Positions 16,704-26,107 of a stretch of 47,038 nt of DNA are shown piece after piece. Positions within the stretch are counted from its first letter, which is position 1. Each line of letters begins with the position of its first letter. Below the pieces are notes generated by a model. That model did not search any database, had not been told where the DNA came from, and saw only the letters and a list, made by a program, of their open reading frames with translations. This DNA comes from Actinomycetota bacterium (GTDB lineage: Bacteria; Actinomycetota; Actinomycetes; S36-B12), in NCBI GenBank assembly GCA_009699465.1, contig WLOE01000002.1:1-47038 (forward strand). Direction: 5' to 3'. The translations under genes were made by a program, and so were the position numbers.

Positions 16704-18205
16704 GTCGCATCGTTGTGATTGGCGCGGGCGTTGGTGGACTTGCGGTTGCTGCGCGAACCGCAGTGAAAGGTCATCAGGTCACGATCGTTGAACAAAGTGC
16801 GCGCGTCGGCGGCAAGCTGCACACCTACCGTCGCGATGGCTTTGCTTTCGATACCGGGCCATCACTTTTTACGCTTCCTGCGGTCTATCGCGATCTTTTC
16901 CTCAAAACTGGAACAGCACTTGAAGAAAACGTCGATCTTCAAGCTGTGGATCCCGGGTTTGGTTATCACTGGGCTGATGGCACCGATGCCGTGTTGCCTG
17001 GAGTCGGCATTGGTCTGGCTGCGGATGCCCTTGGCGATGCCCTCGGCGGTCAAGCTTCACAGCAATGGCGAGTACTCATGTCTCGCGCAAGTGACATGTG
17101 GGCACTCACCCGCGCCCCAGTGCTGCAATCACCCCTTGAAGGAATGCGTAGTGCGGCTCGACTCACTCGAAGCCTCGGCGCTGTTCGCACGATTGCACCA
17201 TTCACTTCCTTGCGTTCATTAGGCAAGAAGACGTTTACTGACCCGCGTCTTGTGACACTGCTTGATCGGTACGCCACCTACACCGGCAGCGATCCCCGCC
17301 GAGCCCCCGCGGCTCTTGCCACGGTTCCTTTCGTTGAACAGACCTTTGGCGCTTGGCATATTGGTGGCGGACTTGGCACCTTGGCACCCGTACTCGCTGA
17401 TCGCGCCCGTGAGCGTGGCGTGAATATTCGACTTTCTTCATCTGCCGTTTCCATTAGCCAATGCAATGGAGCAATCAGTGGTGTTGAGCTAGATACGGGC
17501 GAATTCCTCGAAGCCGACTTGGTTATTTCTGATGCAGACGCATCGTCTTTATATGGATCGTTACTTCCACGGGATTCACGTGCATCGCAAGCAGTCCGCA
17601 ACTTGCGCAAATCAACTCCTTCCCTTGCTGGTTTTGTGATGCTGCTTGCGGTTCAAGGACGCACACCGAATATTCAGCACCACAATGTGTGGTTCCCTGA
17701 GAATTACGACGCTGAATTTGATGCCATCTTTGGCAAGAATCCTCACCCAGTTGTTGAACCAACTATTTACGCCTGCGTTCCTAACGATCCGTTGATGCGC
17801 CCAGATGAAAACCATGAATCGTGGTTCATCCTGGTCAATGCGCCACGCCATAGTTCAACAGGTCTCGCTGGAACCATGGATTGGGATGCGCCAGGCATCG
17901 CTGAGCAATATGGCGCGCAAGTACTCGCAACCCTTGCCGCACGTGGAGTTGATTTGCGTTCACGAATTCTTTGGCAGGAAATATCCACTCCCGCAGATCT
18001 GGAACGCGAAACAGTAGCTCCTGGTGGATCGATCTATGGCATGGCCAGCCACGGCTCTATGTCCACCTTCAAACGCCCAACAAACCAATCCCCTATTCCT
18101 GGACTGTTTCTCGTGGGTGGTTCTGCTCATCCGGGTGGGGGTCTACCACTTGTCGGGATGGGTGCGGAACTCACCGCAGAAATTATTGGTCGCGCGAAAA
18201 AATAG
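16700..18205 (+). CDS. Phytoene-desaturase-family FAD oxidoreductase (CrtD-like carotenoid desaturase)
   Basis: MSRIVVIGAGVGGLAVAARTAVKGHQVTIVEQ dinucleotide fold. C-terminal GLFLVGGSAHPGGGLP motif of the CrtI family. Second CrtI paralogue in the window. Confidence 0.65.
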   Translation: MSRIVVIGAGVGGLAVAARTAVKGHQVTIVEQSARVGGKLHTYRRDGFAFDTGPSLFTLPAVYRDLFLKTGTALEENVDLQAVDPGFGYHWADGTDAVLPGVGIGLAADALGDALGGQASQQWRVLMSRASDMWALTRAPVLQSPLEGMRSAARLTRSLGAVRTIAPFTSLRSLGKKTFTDPRLVTLLDRYATYTGSDPRRAPAALATVPFVEQTFGAWHIGGGLGTLAPVLADRARERGVNIRLSSSAVSISQCNGAISGVELDTGEFLEADLVISDADASSLYGSLLPRDSRASQAVRNLRKSTPSLAGFVMLLAVQGRTPNIQHHNVWFPENYDAEFDAIFGKNPHPVVEPTIYACVPNDPLMRPDENHESWFILVNAPRHSSTGLAGTMDWDAPGIAEQYGAQVLATLAARGVDLRSRILWQEISTPADLERETVAPGGSIYGMASHGSMSTFKRPTNQSPIPGLFLVGGSAHPGGGLPLVGMGAELTAEIIGRAKK

Positions 18206-19757
18206 CTTTGGTTTTATCAGTCATGACTCTTGACCATGAGGCCTTGTCTTTCTTGCCTTTGACTACGTCTGGCTCATGCAGCCACATCGCCAACTTGCCA
18301 TCCTTGGCCACGATGCGCAACCGCTCTTCAGTTGCGTTACGCACATCACCTGGGCACACCACCAGCACTTGATCATTTGCACGCAACCGCGAGTTATCGT
18401 CGATAGACATTGGTTCTGAATCGCGAACAATGAGTGAAACAACAGCTCCCTTAGGCAGTCGTAGTTCAGTAATAAACACACCAACAAGACCTGAACTCTG
18501 CGGCACATCTAGGGCAAGCACTACCGCATTCATGGCATCAAGGGGTGCACTTTCAAGATCGAGTTCAAATGCCTCGTCAGGTAACTCAAGTCGTAACTTG
18601 CGTGCAAGTACCGGCAACAATGGCGTTTGTACAAGCAGCAACACGATTACCACGATCAACGTCGCATCGAAAACCTGTTCAGCCCCCACCACAGCAAGGC
18701 CAAGCGGAATGGCCGCAAACACGATTGGCACAGCACCGCGAAGCCCGGCAACTCCTACAAAGATGCGCTCTCGTAATCCCCATCGAAATGGCGTGAGTGA
18801 AACAAATGAAGACAATGGTCGAGCGACGAGCACCAAAGCTAACCCCGCAATAGCTGCGATACCAAATGCGGCAGGAAGCCGGTGCACATCAGCCAAAAGG
18901 CCGAGCATCACGAATAAACCGATTTCGGAAATCCATGCGAGTCCATCGGCAAACCCAATAATCGATCGACGATGCGGGAGTTTTGCGGCAGAACCAATAA
19001 ATACTGCCGCCACATACACCGCCATGAACCCTGATACGTGGATGAAATCAGCAAAAGCAAATGCAGCGATCAACATCGCCATTGCTGCAATTGGATAAAG
19101 ACCAACTGCAGGTAGAGCAAGTCGCGGCAGAACCCAGCGCGAGGCATAGCCCGCAGCAACCCCAATAACTACACCACCAACGAGTTCAACAATAATCATG
19201 AAAACAACGAACGACCAAGATGAATTTTCAAATGTTCCGCCAGCAACCACGCTCACCAGTACAACCACGGGAGCATCATTGAAGCCTGCTTCGCCTTCAA
19301 GCACAGTGCGCAACCTCGGTGAAAGCTTTAACTTACGCAGAACAGAGAACACGGCTGCGGCATCGGTTGCTGCTAATACAGCTGCGAGCAGCAGCGCATT
19401 CTGCGAACTCATTTCCGTCAATGCTATGAGCGGTACTGCGACTACCGCGATGCTTGCGAGCACGCCGATAGTTGCCAACGTAATTGCCGGCCACAACACC
19501 GGACGCAATTCAGAGACTCGAGTTGTGAGACCTCCCTGCGCCAAAATTAAAATCAAAGCCACATAGCCCAGAACCGCTGCGAGCTCCGCGTCATGAAAAT
19601 TTAAGACATCAACAAAGGTCCCGAGAAAAAGACCAAGTCCCAGATATAGCAACAAACCGGAAACACCGAGCTTGCCGGCAAACCGGACTCCAAGAATGGA
19701 GACCAGCACGATGATTGCACCAACAAGTAACGCTGGAGCCAGGGATTCCAGCGTCAT
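18183..19757 (-). CDS. nhaP2: K+/H+ (CPA1, NhaP2/CvrA-type) antiporter with a C-terminal RCK_C/TrkA_C domain
   Basis: 524 aa with about 12 TM helices and the LEGEAGFNDAPVV motif. The soluble C-terminus (VVSLIVRDSEPMSIDDNSRLRANDQVLVV) is typical of TrkA_C. Confidence 0.7.
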   Translation of the reverse strand: MTLESLAPALLVGAIIVLVSILGVRFAGKLGVSGLLLYLGLGLFLGTFVDVLNFHDAELAAVLGYVALILILAQGGLTTRVSELRPVLWPAITLATIGVLASIAVVAVPLIALTEMSSQNALLLAAVLAATDAAAVFSVLRKLKLSPRLRTVLEGEAGFNDAPVVVLVSVVAGGTFENSSWSFVVFMIIVELVGGVVIGVAAGYASRWVLPRLALPAVGLYPIAAMAMLIAAFAFADFIHVSGFMAVYVAAVFIGSAAKLPHRRSIIGFADGLAWISEIGLFVMLGLLADVHRLPAAFGIAAIAGLALVLVARPLSSFVSLTPFRWGLRERIFVGVAGLRGAVPIVFAAIPLGLAVVGAEQVFDATLIVVIVLLLVQTPLLPVLARKLRLELPDEAFELDLESAPLDAMNAVVLALDVPQSSGLVGVFITELRLPKGAVVSLIVRDSEPMSIDDNSRLRANDQVLVVCPGDVRNATEERLRIVAKDGKLAMWLHEPDVVKGKKDKASWSRVMTDKTKAIFSRDQ

Positions 19758-19762
19758 AGCTG

Positions 19763-20659
19763 TTACCTCGAGCCCAGACCTAGAGCTTCGTATACCTGCA
19801 CCGTTGATGTTGAACGGTTAAGTGTGTAGAAGTGCAAGCCGGGTGCACCCATCGCCAATAATTCATTGGACATTTCGACGGCGATCTCAACACCAAGCTT
19901 GCGCACGGCATCATCGTCGTCTTTGACAAGTTCGAAGCGCGCTGCGAGCTCCGGTGGGAATGCGGCTCCTGAGAGGTCCGCAAACCGTGCGATTTGAGCG
20001 ACGTTGGTGACCGGCATCAACCCTGGGATGATCGGCATGGTCACGCCATGAGCAGTAGCGCGCTCCAAGAGATCTGCATAATCACGTGAACGGAAGAAGA
20101 ACTGAGTGACCGCGAACTGCGCACCTGCATCTTGCTTAGCGGCCAACACCCGTGCATCTGTATCAAGGTCGGGCGAAGAGGGGTGACCCTCTGGAAATGC
20201 TGCAACTCCCACAGTGAAATTGCCCAAAGCCTTAATGAGCTCGACTAATTCATCTGCGTGCTGCAGCCCATCTTCGTGCGGTGTCCACTTCGCCGTAGGC
20301 CCGCCTGGTGGATCTCCACGCAAGGCCAAGATGGTGTGAATACCCGCTGCGGCGTACTCCCCGATCACACCGCGCAACTCCTCACGGCTAGCCCCCACAC
20401 AGGTGAGGTGGGCTACCGGAATCATCGAAGTCTGCTCTGCAATTTCGGCGGTAATGCGAACCGTGCGATCACGGGTTGAGCCACCAGCCCCATACGTCAC
20501 CGACACAAAGGTGGGATTCAACCGCTCGAGATCGCGCACCGTTCGCCACAGCGCCTGCTCACCTTCGTCAGTTTTCGGGGGGAAAAGTTCAAAAGAAAAT
20601 GAGCGCCCACCCGTGGCCAATAACTGAGCCAAATTAGCTCCGGCGGCACTTTGGGTCAT
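19763..20659 (-). CDS. metF: 5,10-methylenetetrahydrofolate reductase
   Basis: FSFELFPPKT and VSVTYGAGGSTR motifs, 298 aa. Same position as Rv2172c, next to idsA2. Confidence 0.88.
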   Translation of the reverse strand: MTQSAAGANLAQLLATGGRSFSFELFPPKTDEGEQALWRTVRDLERLNPTFVSVTYGAGGSTRDRTVRITAEIAEQTSMIPVAHLTCVGASREELRGVIGEYAAAGIHTILALRGDPPGGPTAKWTPHEDGLQHADELVELIKALGNFTVGVAAFPEGHPSSPDLDTDARVLAAKQDAGAQFAVTQFFFRSRDYADLLERATAHGVTMPIIPGLMPVTNVAQIARFADLSGAAFPPELAARFELVKDDDDAVRKLGVEIAVEMSNELLAMGAPGLHFYTLNRSTSTVQVYEALGLGSR

Positions 20660-20709
20660 TGGTCAATCCTAAGGGTGACCTAAGTTCGGGACGGTTTAGG
20701 CTCAAGGGC

Positions 20710-21801
20710 ATGACCACTCCTGTCGTACCAACGATGGACCCCGCTGCCTTTCGCGCTGGAGTCCAGTTGGTCGTGGATCGCGTGACTACCCATGAATCTG
20801 GGAACCTAGCCACGATCAGCCCCGCCCTTTCCCCACTCATGGATTCGCTGATTGCACTCATGGGTGGCGGCAAGCGACTACGACCTGCTTTTTGTTACTG
20901 GGGTTGGCGTGCAGCGGCAAACGATGCGGATCTTTTAGCGCATCACGACGCAGCTTTGGAAGCATCAGTAGGCCTTGAGTTTCTCCAAGCCTGTGCACTC
21001 ATTCATGACGATGTAATGGACGGGTCAGATACGCGACGCGGACTACCAGCAGCACATCGAGTCTTTGAAGCGATGCACGCGAAAGATCAATGGGTTGGTT
21101 CCGCACCAATGTTTGGTGTCGGTGCCGCGATCTTGCTTGGCGACCTCTGCCTTTCGTGGGCTGACCAAGTATTCCTAGCGTCACCAATGCCAAGGTCTGC
21201 ACTGGAACGCGCAAAGCCGTTGTTTGACATCATGCGAACTGAACTCATGGCTGGTCAGTACCTCGATCTACTCGAACAGGCTCGTTCAAATACTTCAATT
21301 GATCGAGCGAAAACTGTGGTTCGCTATAAGTCGGCGAAGTACACCATTGAACGCCCACTCCATCTGGGTGGTGCTCTAGCAGGAGCAAGCGACGCAGTGA
21401 TGCAGTCATATAGCGACTACGGCCTCGCTCTTGGGGAAGCCTTCCAACTGCGCGACGACATCTTGGGTGTGTTCGGAGATCCCAAGGAAACAGGAAAGCC
21501 AGCAGGCGACGACATTCGTGAAGGCAAGCGCACCGTGATGGTTGCCCTGGCTTTCGAATCTGCCAGCCCTGCGGAGCAAGCAACCCTCACTTCGCTACTC
21601 GGCAAACACGATCTCAATACCGACGATGTTGCAATCGCTCGCGAAATTTTCACTCACACCGGTGCGCTTGCACAAACTGAACTACTGATTGAGGCTGGCA
21701 TTGCGGCTTCATATGCGGCTCTTGAAACAGCAGCAATCTCAACAGAAGGCCGTTCTGCTTTAGCGGATTTGATTGAAGCATCTACTCGACGGGCGACGTA
21801 A
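20710..21801 (+). CDS. idsA: Polyprenyl (geranylgeranyl) diphosphate synthase
   Basis: FARM LIHDDVMDGSDTRRG and SARM FQLRDDILGVFGD. Small residues (Cys, Ala) at positions -5 and -4 before FARM favour a C20 or longer product. Heads the crt operon. Start re-picked at ATG 20710. Confidence 0.8.
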   Translation: MTTPVVPTMDPAAFRAGVQLVVDRVTTHESGNLATISPALSPLMDSLIALMGGGKRLRPAFCYWGWRAAANDADLLAHHDAALEASVGLEFLQACALIHDDVMDGSDTRRGLPAAHRVFEAMHAKDQWVGSAPMFGVGAAILLGDLCLSWADQVFLASPMPRSALERAKPLFDIMRTELMAGQYLDLLEQARSNTSIDRAKTVVRYKSAKYTIERPLHLGGALAGASDAVMQSYSDYGLALGEAFQLRDDILGVFGDPKETGKPAGDDIREGKRTVMVALAFESASPAEQATLTSLLGKHDLNTDDVAIAREIFTHTGALAQTELLIEAGIAASYAALETAAISTEGRSALADLIEASTRRAT

Positions 21802-23315
21802 TGAAACTCAACCCATTCACACCTATTCGGCAAGTCAATGGCCCAACAGATGAAGTGGTGATCGTCGGAGCTGGTCTTGGTGGCTTAAGTGCTGCAATGC
21901 ACTTAGCTGCAGCTGGACGCAAGGTCACCGTGCTTGAACGTGAAGCTATTCCTGGTGGCCGCGCTGGTCGCATCAGCGTTCCTTCCGCTGATGGCACATA
22001 CGAATTCGATACGGGCCCAACCGTTCTCACGATGCCTGATCTGATTGCAGATTGCTTCAATGCTCTCGGTGAAAACATGAACGACTGGCTCACCCTTGAA
22101 CCGGTCAAGCCTCTCTATCGCTCTTTTTATCCTGATGGCTCAGTACTCGATGTTCATTCGAACACCGATCAGATGACTGAAGAAATTAACAAAGTCATCG
22201 GGCCGCAGGAAGCCGATGGCTACCGACGGTACGTTGATTTCGTCACTGAGCTCTACAAGTACGAAATGAAAGACTTCATTGATCGCAACATCGATTCCCC
22301 CCTTGATCTCCTCACGACCAACCTCGCTCGACTTGCAGCCATCGGTGGATTTCGTCGACTTGCACCAAAGGTAGAGGAATATTTGAAAGACCCACGCACG
22401 CAACGGGTCTTCTCATTCCAATCAATGTACGCAGGCCTTTCTCCATATGATGCCCTTGCTATTTACGCAGTAATTGCCTACATGGATTCTGTTGCTGGAG
22501 TATTCGCACCAAAAGGCGGCATGCATGCAGTGCCAAAAGCCATGGCTCAGGCTGCCCAAGCACATGGCGTCATCTTCCGCTACAACGTAGAAGTGACTGA
22601 AGTTGAGCGCACAGGTGATCGAGCCACAGCTGTGATTACTGCCGATGGTGAACGCATTCCCGCAGATGTAGTGGTACTCAACCCGGATGTGCCCGTTGCC
22701 TTTCGCGATCTCCTTGGCATTGAGCCTTGGTCGATCAGACGATTGAAGTACTCCCCTTCGTGTTTCCTCTTTCTTGCCGGATCCTCAGCGCATTACAACT
22801 CCATCGCGCACCACAACATTCACTTCGGAAAGAAGTGGAAGGGTGTGTTTGACGACATCATTCGCGATCGCAAATTAATGTCTGACCCAAGTTTGCTGGT
22901 TACCAACCCGACGTACTCTGATAAGTCATTGGCGCCAGTTGGCAAAGAGGTCTACTACGTCCTGTTTCCCACGCCAAACCTTGATGCTGATATTGATTGG
23001 GTGAAAGAGGGCCCTCGCTATCGCGACGAAGTGTGCCGTGTACTTGAAGAACGTGGCTACCGCGATTTCACTGCTGCAATCGAAGTAGAAAACATCACTA
23101 CTCCCCTTGACTGGGAGGCACGAGGGATGGAACGTGGAGCTCCGTTTGCTTCATCACACACCTTTGGTCAAACCGGACCGTTTCGCCCGGGAAACCTCTG
23201 GGGTCAAAACGTCGTGTTCACTGGCTCTGGAACACGTCCCGGAGTTGGCGTACCGATGGTGTTGATTTCTGGCCGTCTTGCTGCAGAACGAATTACTGGA
23301 CCAATGGCACGGTAA
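21801..23315 (+). CDS. crtI: Phytoene desaturase
   Basis: VVIVGAGLGGLSAAMHLAAAGRKVTVLE FAD fold and the C-terminal VFTGSGTRPGVGVP CrtI motif. TAATG overlap with idsA. Confidence 0.85.
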   Translation: MKLNPFTPIRQVNGPTDEVVIVGAGLGGLSAAMHLAAAGRKVTVLEREAIPGGRAGRISVPSADGTYEFDTGPTVLTMPDLIADCFNALGENMNDWLTLEPVKPLYRSFYPDGSVLDVHSNTDQMTEEINKVIGPQEADGYRRYVDFVTELYKYEMKDFIDRNIDSPLDLLTTNLARLAAIGGFRRLAPKVEEYLKDPRTQRVFSFQSMYAGLSPYDALAIYAVIAYMDSVAGVFAPKGGMHAVPKAMAQAAQAHGVIFRYNVEVTEVERTGDRATAVITADGERIPADVVVLNPDVPVAFRDLLGIEPWSIRRLKYSPSCFLFLAGSSAHYNSIAHHNIHFGKKWKGVFDDIIRDRKLMSDPSLLVTNPTYSDKSLAPVGKEVYYVLFPTPNLDADIDWVKEGPRYRDEVCRVLEERGYRDFTAAIEVENITTPLDWEARGMERGAPFASSHTFGQTGPFRPGNLWGQNVVFTGSGTRPGVGVPMVLISGRLAAERITGPMAR

Positions 23316-23320
23316 TTGTT

Positions 23321-24811
23321 GTGACCCAAGATCCAACCACGCCTACTGCGCACTTGCTCTTGCGACATGGCTTGCCAGGTTTTATTGGCACGTCATGTAT
23401 CGCCATGGGTGCACTCGGCGTTGGTTGGCTCCCTGGCACAACTGACCTGCTCACAAACCCCATCGTTGATGCCTTGCGCGGAACAACTTCGGGATCCTTG
23501 ATCGCTCGCAGCTTGGTACTCATCGGGGTGGCCGTGCTGCTGCAAGCATGGCTGCTGATCGGCTCAGATCTCTATCACCGAAATGCCTGGCCTATCCGCC
23601 AACTGCAGTGGGTACTACTCATGTGGGTTGTGCCGCTCGTGATCGCTCCACCACTGTTTAGTCGAGATGTTTACTCCTATTACGCCCAAGGCCGCCTCTT
23701 TGAAACAGGAGCTGATCCCACGACTACTGGAGTAGGAAGTTTGCCTGGCTGGTTCGATATTGGCGCCGATCCAATGTGGACTGAGTCACCCACTCCATAT
23801 GGCCCAAGCTTTCTCATGATCGAGCGCACAATTTCTTCAGTGGCACACCCCAATGCTTATCTAGCTGGAATCCTGTTTCGCTTGGCCTCACTTGTTGGTG
23901 TTGCCCTGATGGCTATCTACATTCCCAAGCTGGCAAAGGCCTACGGCATTGAAGGGTCAACTGCATTATGGATCGGTGTATTGAATCCACTCGTGATCAT
24001 GCACTTTGTTTCAGGAGCCCACAACGATGCAATCATGGTCGGGCTCATTGTGTTGGCCTTATATCTAGGCACCTGTCAGCAATGTCTGTGGAGTGCGGCA
24101 ATCGTTGGCTTCGCTGCGACAGTTAAGCCGATTGGCTTATTAGCGTTACCGTTTATCGGCTTGCAATTTGCCGGCATCGGTGCCAATTGGTGGGCGAAGA
24201 TCAAAGCGTGGCTACTCACTGGGCTTGCCTCTGCCATCGCAATTATTTGCGTCTATCTCATTGTGGGTTCTGGTTATGGCGTGATTACAGCAGCCTTCGG
24301 CACACCAGGCAGTGTGCTGACTTGGCTTTCTCCCACCACAGCCCTTGGACAAATCGTCGGAGGTATCTCAACCTTCTCCGGTTTCACTGTTGATGCTTAT
24401 GGCGTGATTGACATCATGCATGCGATTGGAACTCTGCTCTCTCTTGTGGTCATTATTTGGTTGATCGTTACTTCAGACCGACGAACACCACTGCGTGGCG
24501 TTGCTCTTGCCTTTGGAGTATTAGTGCTCTTAGGGCCGGTTGTTCACCCTTGGTATGTGCTGTGGGCACTGCCCTTATTCGCCGCCTCTGGGTTGAATCT
24601 TCGAGAACGAAGAATCACTGTGCTTCTCACGATTGTGCTGATCGTGCATGGCATGGTCGAAGCCAGTACCGCATCTGACAATGTGTGGGACTGGTCAGAC
24701 CTCATCGCATTCATCATCGCACTTGCGGTCGTTGGCATTATTTCCTTCGCCAGCCCACGTGAACGTCAATTGATTCTTAACGCAGGTGCCCAAGAATCTG
24801 TCAACGCATGA
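23321..24811 (+). CDS. GT-C polyprenol-phosphate-mannose-dependent mannosyltransferase, MptA/MptB-like
   Basis: Polytopic 496 aa protein. PLFSRDVYSYYAQG...SPTPYGP matches my recollection of M. tuberculosis MptA (VFSRDTYSYAMQG...TPAPYGP). Same idsA-adjacent position as Rv2174. Confidence 0.65.
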   Translation: MTQDPTTPTAHLLLRHGLPGFIGTSCIAMGALGVGWLPGTTDLLTNPIVDALRGTTSGSLIARSLVLIGVAVLLQAWLLIGSDLYHRNAWPIRQLQWVLLMWVVPLVIAPPLFSRDVYSYYAQGRLFETGADPTTTGVGSLPGWFDIGADPMWTESPTPYGPSFLMIERTISSVAHPNAYLAGILFRLASLVGVALMAIYIPKLAKAYGIEGSTALWIGVLNPLVIMHFVSGAHNDAIMVGLIVLALYLGTCQQCLWSAAIVGFAATVKPIGLLALPFIGLQFAGIGANWWAKIKAWLLTGLASAIAIICVYLIVGSGYGVITAAFGTPGSVLTWLSPTTALGQIVGGISTFSGFTVDAYGVIDIMHAIGTLLSLVVIIWLIVTSDRRTPLRGVALAFGVLVLLGPVVHPWYVLWALPLFAASGLNLRERRITVLLTIVLIVHGMVEASTASDNVWDWSDLIAFIIALAVVGIISFASPRERQLILNAGAQESVNA

Positions 24812-25761
24812 GTATCCGCGAGCTCAACGCTGCAGGCATCACCGACCCAATGGTGCGGATGTCGTATCTGCGCTGTAAAGAACTCAATAAGCAGTACGGC
24901 AAGACGTACTACCTCGCCACCTTGTTATTACCGCCATCAAAGCGACCATTCGTGCATGCACTTTATGGACTGGCTCGATATGCAGATGAAATCGTAGACG
25001 ACATGGAATCTGGGAAAACCGACGAGGAACGCGCTATCTGGCTTTCAGAGTGGTCGGCTTCATTTTTTGCTGATCTTGATCGCGGAGTGTCCGATGACCC
25101 AATCTGCCGCGCAGTTGTTGACACCGCAGTGCGGTGGGAAATTCCACGCGAGTACTTCGAGGCCTTCTTCACCTCAATGACCATGGACCTCACCGTCACC
25201 GAATATGAAACTTTTGATGATCTGTTTACCTATGTTTATGGCTCTGCCGCGGTCATTGGGCTTCAGGTAGTTCCAATTCTGGAACCTTCAGAGCAATCAG
25301 CCTTCAAATATGCTCAAGATTTAGGCATCGCATTCCAACTCGCAAACTTTATTCGCGATGTGGGCGAAGATCTTGATCGTGGTCGTGTGTACTTACCTCT
25401 TGCTGAACTTCGGCAATTTGGAGTGACTCGAGCAGATCTAGAAAAACGCATTGCTACTCCTGCTGTAAAAGAAGCCTTGAAATTTCAAATCTCCCGTGTT
25501 CGGCAGCTTGAAGAAGAATCAAAAATCGGGATTTCCATGCTGCATCCTGCAGCGCAACCGTGTATCGAAGCGGCGCGCATTTTGTATTGCGGCATTGTCG
25601 ATGAGGTTGAAGGAATCGACTACGAAGTCTTTACCAAGCGGGCAACCGTGCCGATGCGCCGGCGGCTAGGTATCGCTCTTCCGGCATGGCTCAAGGCTCG
25701 AAAAGCTCGTCGAGAATTTGGGGCCGGTGCTACTTGCGCCAGCGAGGTGGTCCCGCGTTAG
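24808..25761 (+). CDS. crtB: Phytoene synthase
   Basis: YLRCKELNKQYGKTYYLATLLLP, YGLARYADEIVDD and FIRDVGEDLDRGRVYLP (both Asp-rich motifs). ATGA overlap with the preceding gene. Confidence 0.9.
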   Translation: MSIRELNAAGITDPMVRMSYLRCKELNKQYGKTYYLATLLLPPSKRPFVHALYGLARYADEIVDDMESGKTDEERAIWLSEWSASFFADLDRGVSDDPICRAVVDTAVRWEIPREYFEAFFTSMTMDLTVTEYETFDDLFTYVYGSAAVIGLQVVPILEPSEQSAFKYAQDLGIAFQLANFIRDVGEDLDRGRVYLPLAELRQFGVTRADLEKRIATPAVKEALKFQISRVRQLEEESKIGISMLHPAAQPCIEAARILYCGIVDEVEGIDYEVFTKRATVPMRRRLGIALPAWLKARKARREFGAGATCASEVVPR

Positions 25762-26107
25762 GCGTGCGTTGCACACCAATACGGCCTAGCCAGACCCACA
25801 TCACGAGGGTAAGAAGCACTAAAGCAAAGCCAAATAACAAATCTTCAACCGGTGCGAATATCAGTCGACCATCACCAATAAATGGTGGTGGCCCGGTAAC
25901 CGGAGTAGTCGATCCGATGATGGCATCACCTGAATAACGCACGATCCGAAAACCTGTGAGCACACCATTGGTGATGAGTTGAAAGACGACAATGATCGAA
26001 TACGAAACCCAAAATACTTTTTTCGTTACAAGTTTGGTTCGAAAGCCAAACAGATCTATCAGTACTACTGCGAAAACCGCGAACACTCCAAGTTCGGTGT
26101 AACTCAT
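25730..26107 (-). CDS. crtYd: Lycopene cyclase domain protein (heterodimeric cyclase subunit)
   Basis: 125 aa with 3 TM helices. The FAPVEDLLFGFALVLL motif is typical of the CrtYc/Yd family. ATGA overlap with the upstream subunit. Confidence 0.75.
   Translation of the reverse strand: MSYTELGVFAVFAVVLIDLFGFRTKLVTKKVFWVSYSIIVVFQLITNGVLTGFRIVRYSGDAIIGSTTPVTGPPPFIGDGRLIFAPVEDLLFGFALVLLTLVMWVWLGRIGVQRTPNAGPPRWRK

Noticed and set aside
25730-25761. A 32-bp convergent overlap of the crtB and crtYd 3' ends, and similar convergent overlaps at 18183..18205, 28892..28905 and 41101..41111, as possible antisense-regulatory or mis-assembly signals.
   Set aside because: Short convergent 3' overlaps recur throughout this very compact window, and both partners keep full-length family-typical C-termini. 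They are most simply explained by genome streamlining rather than a specific mechanism.
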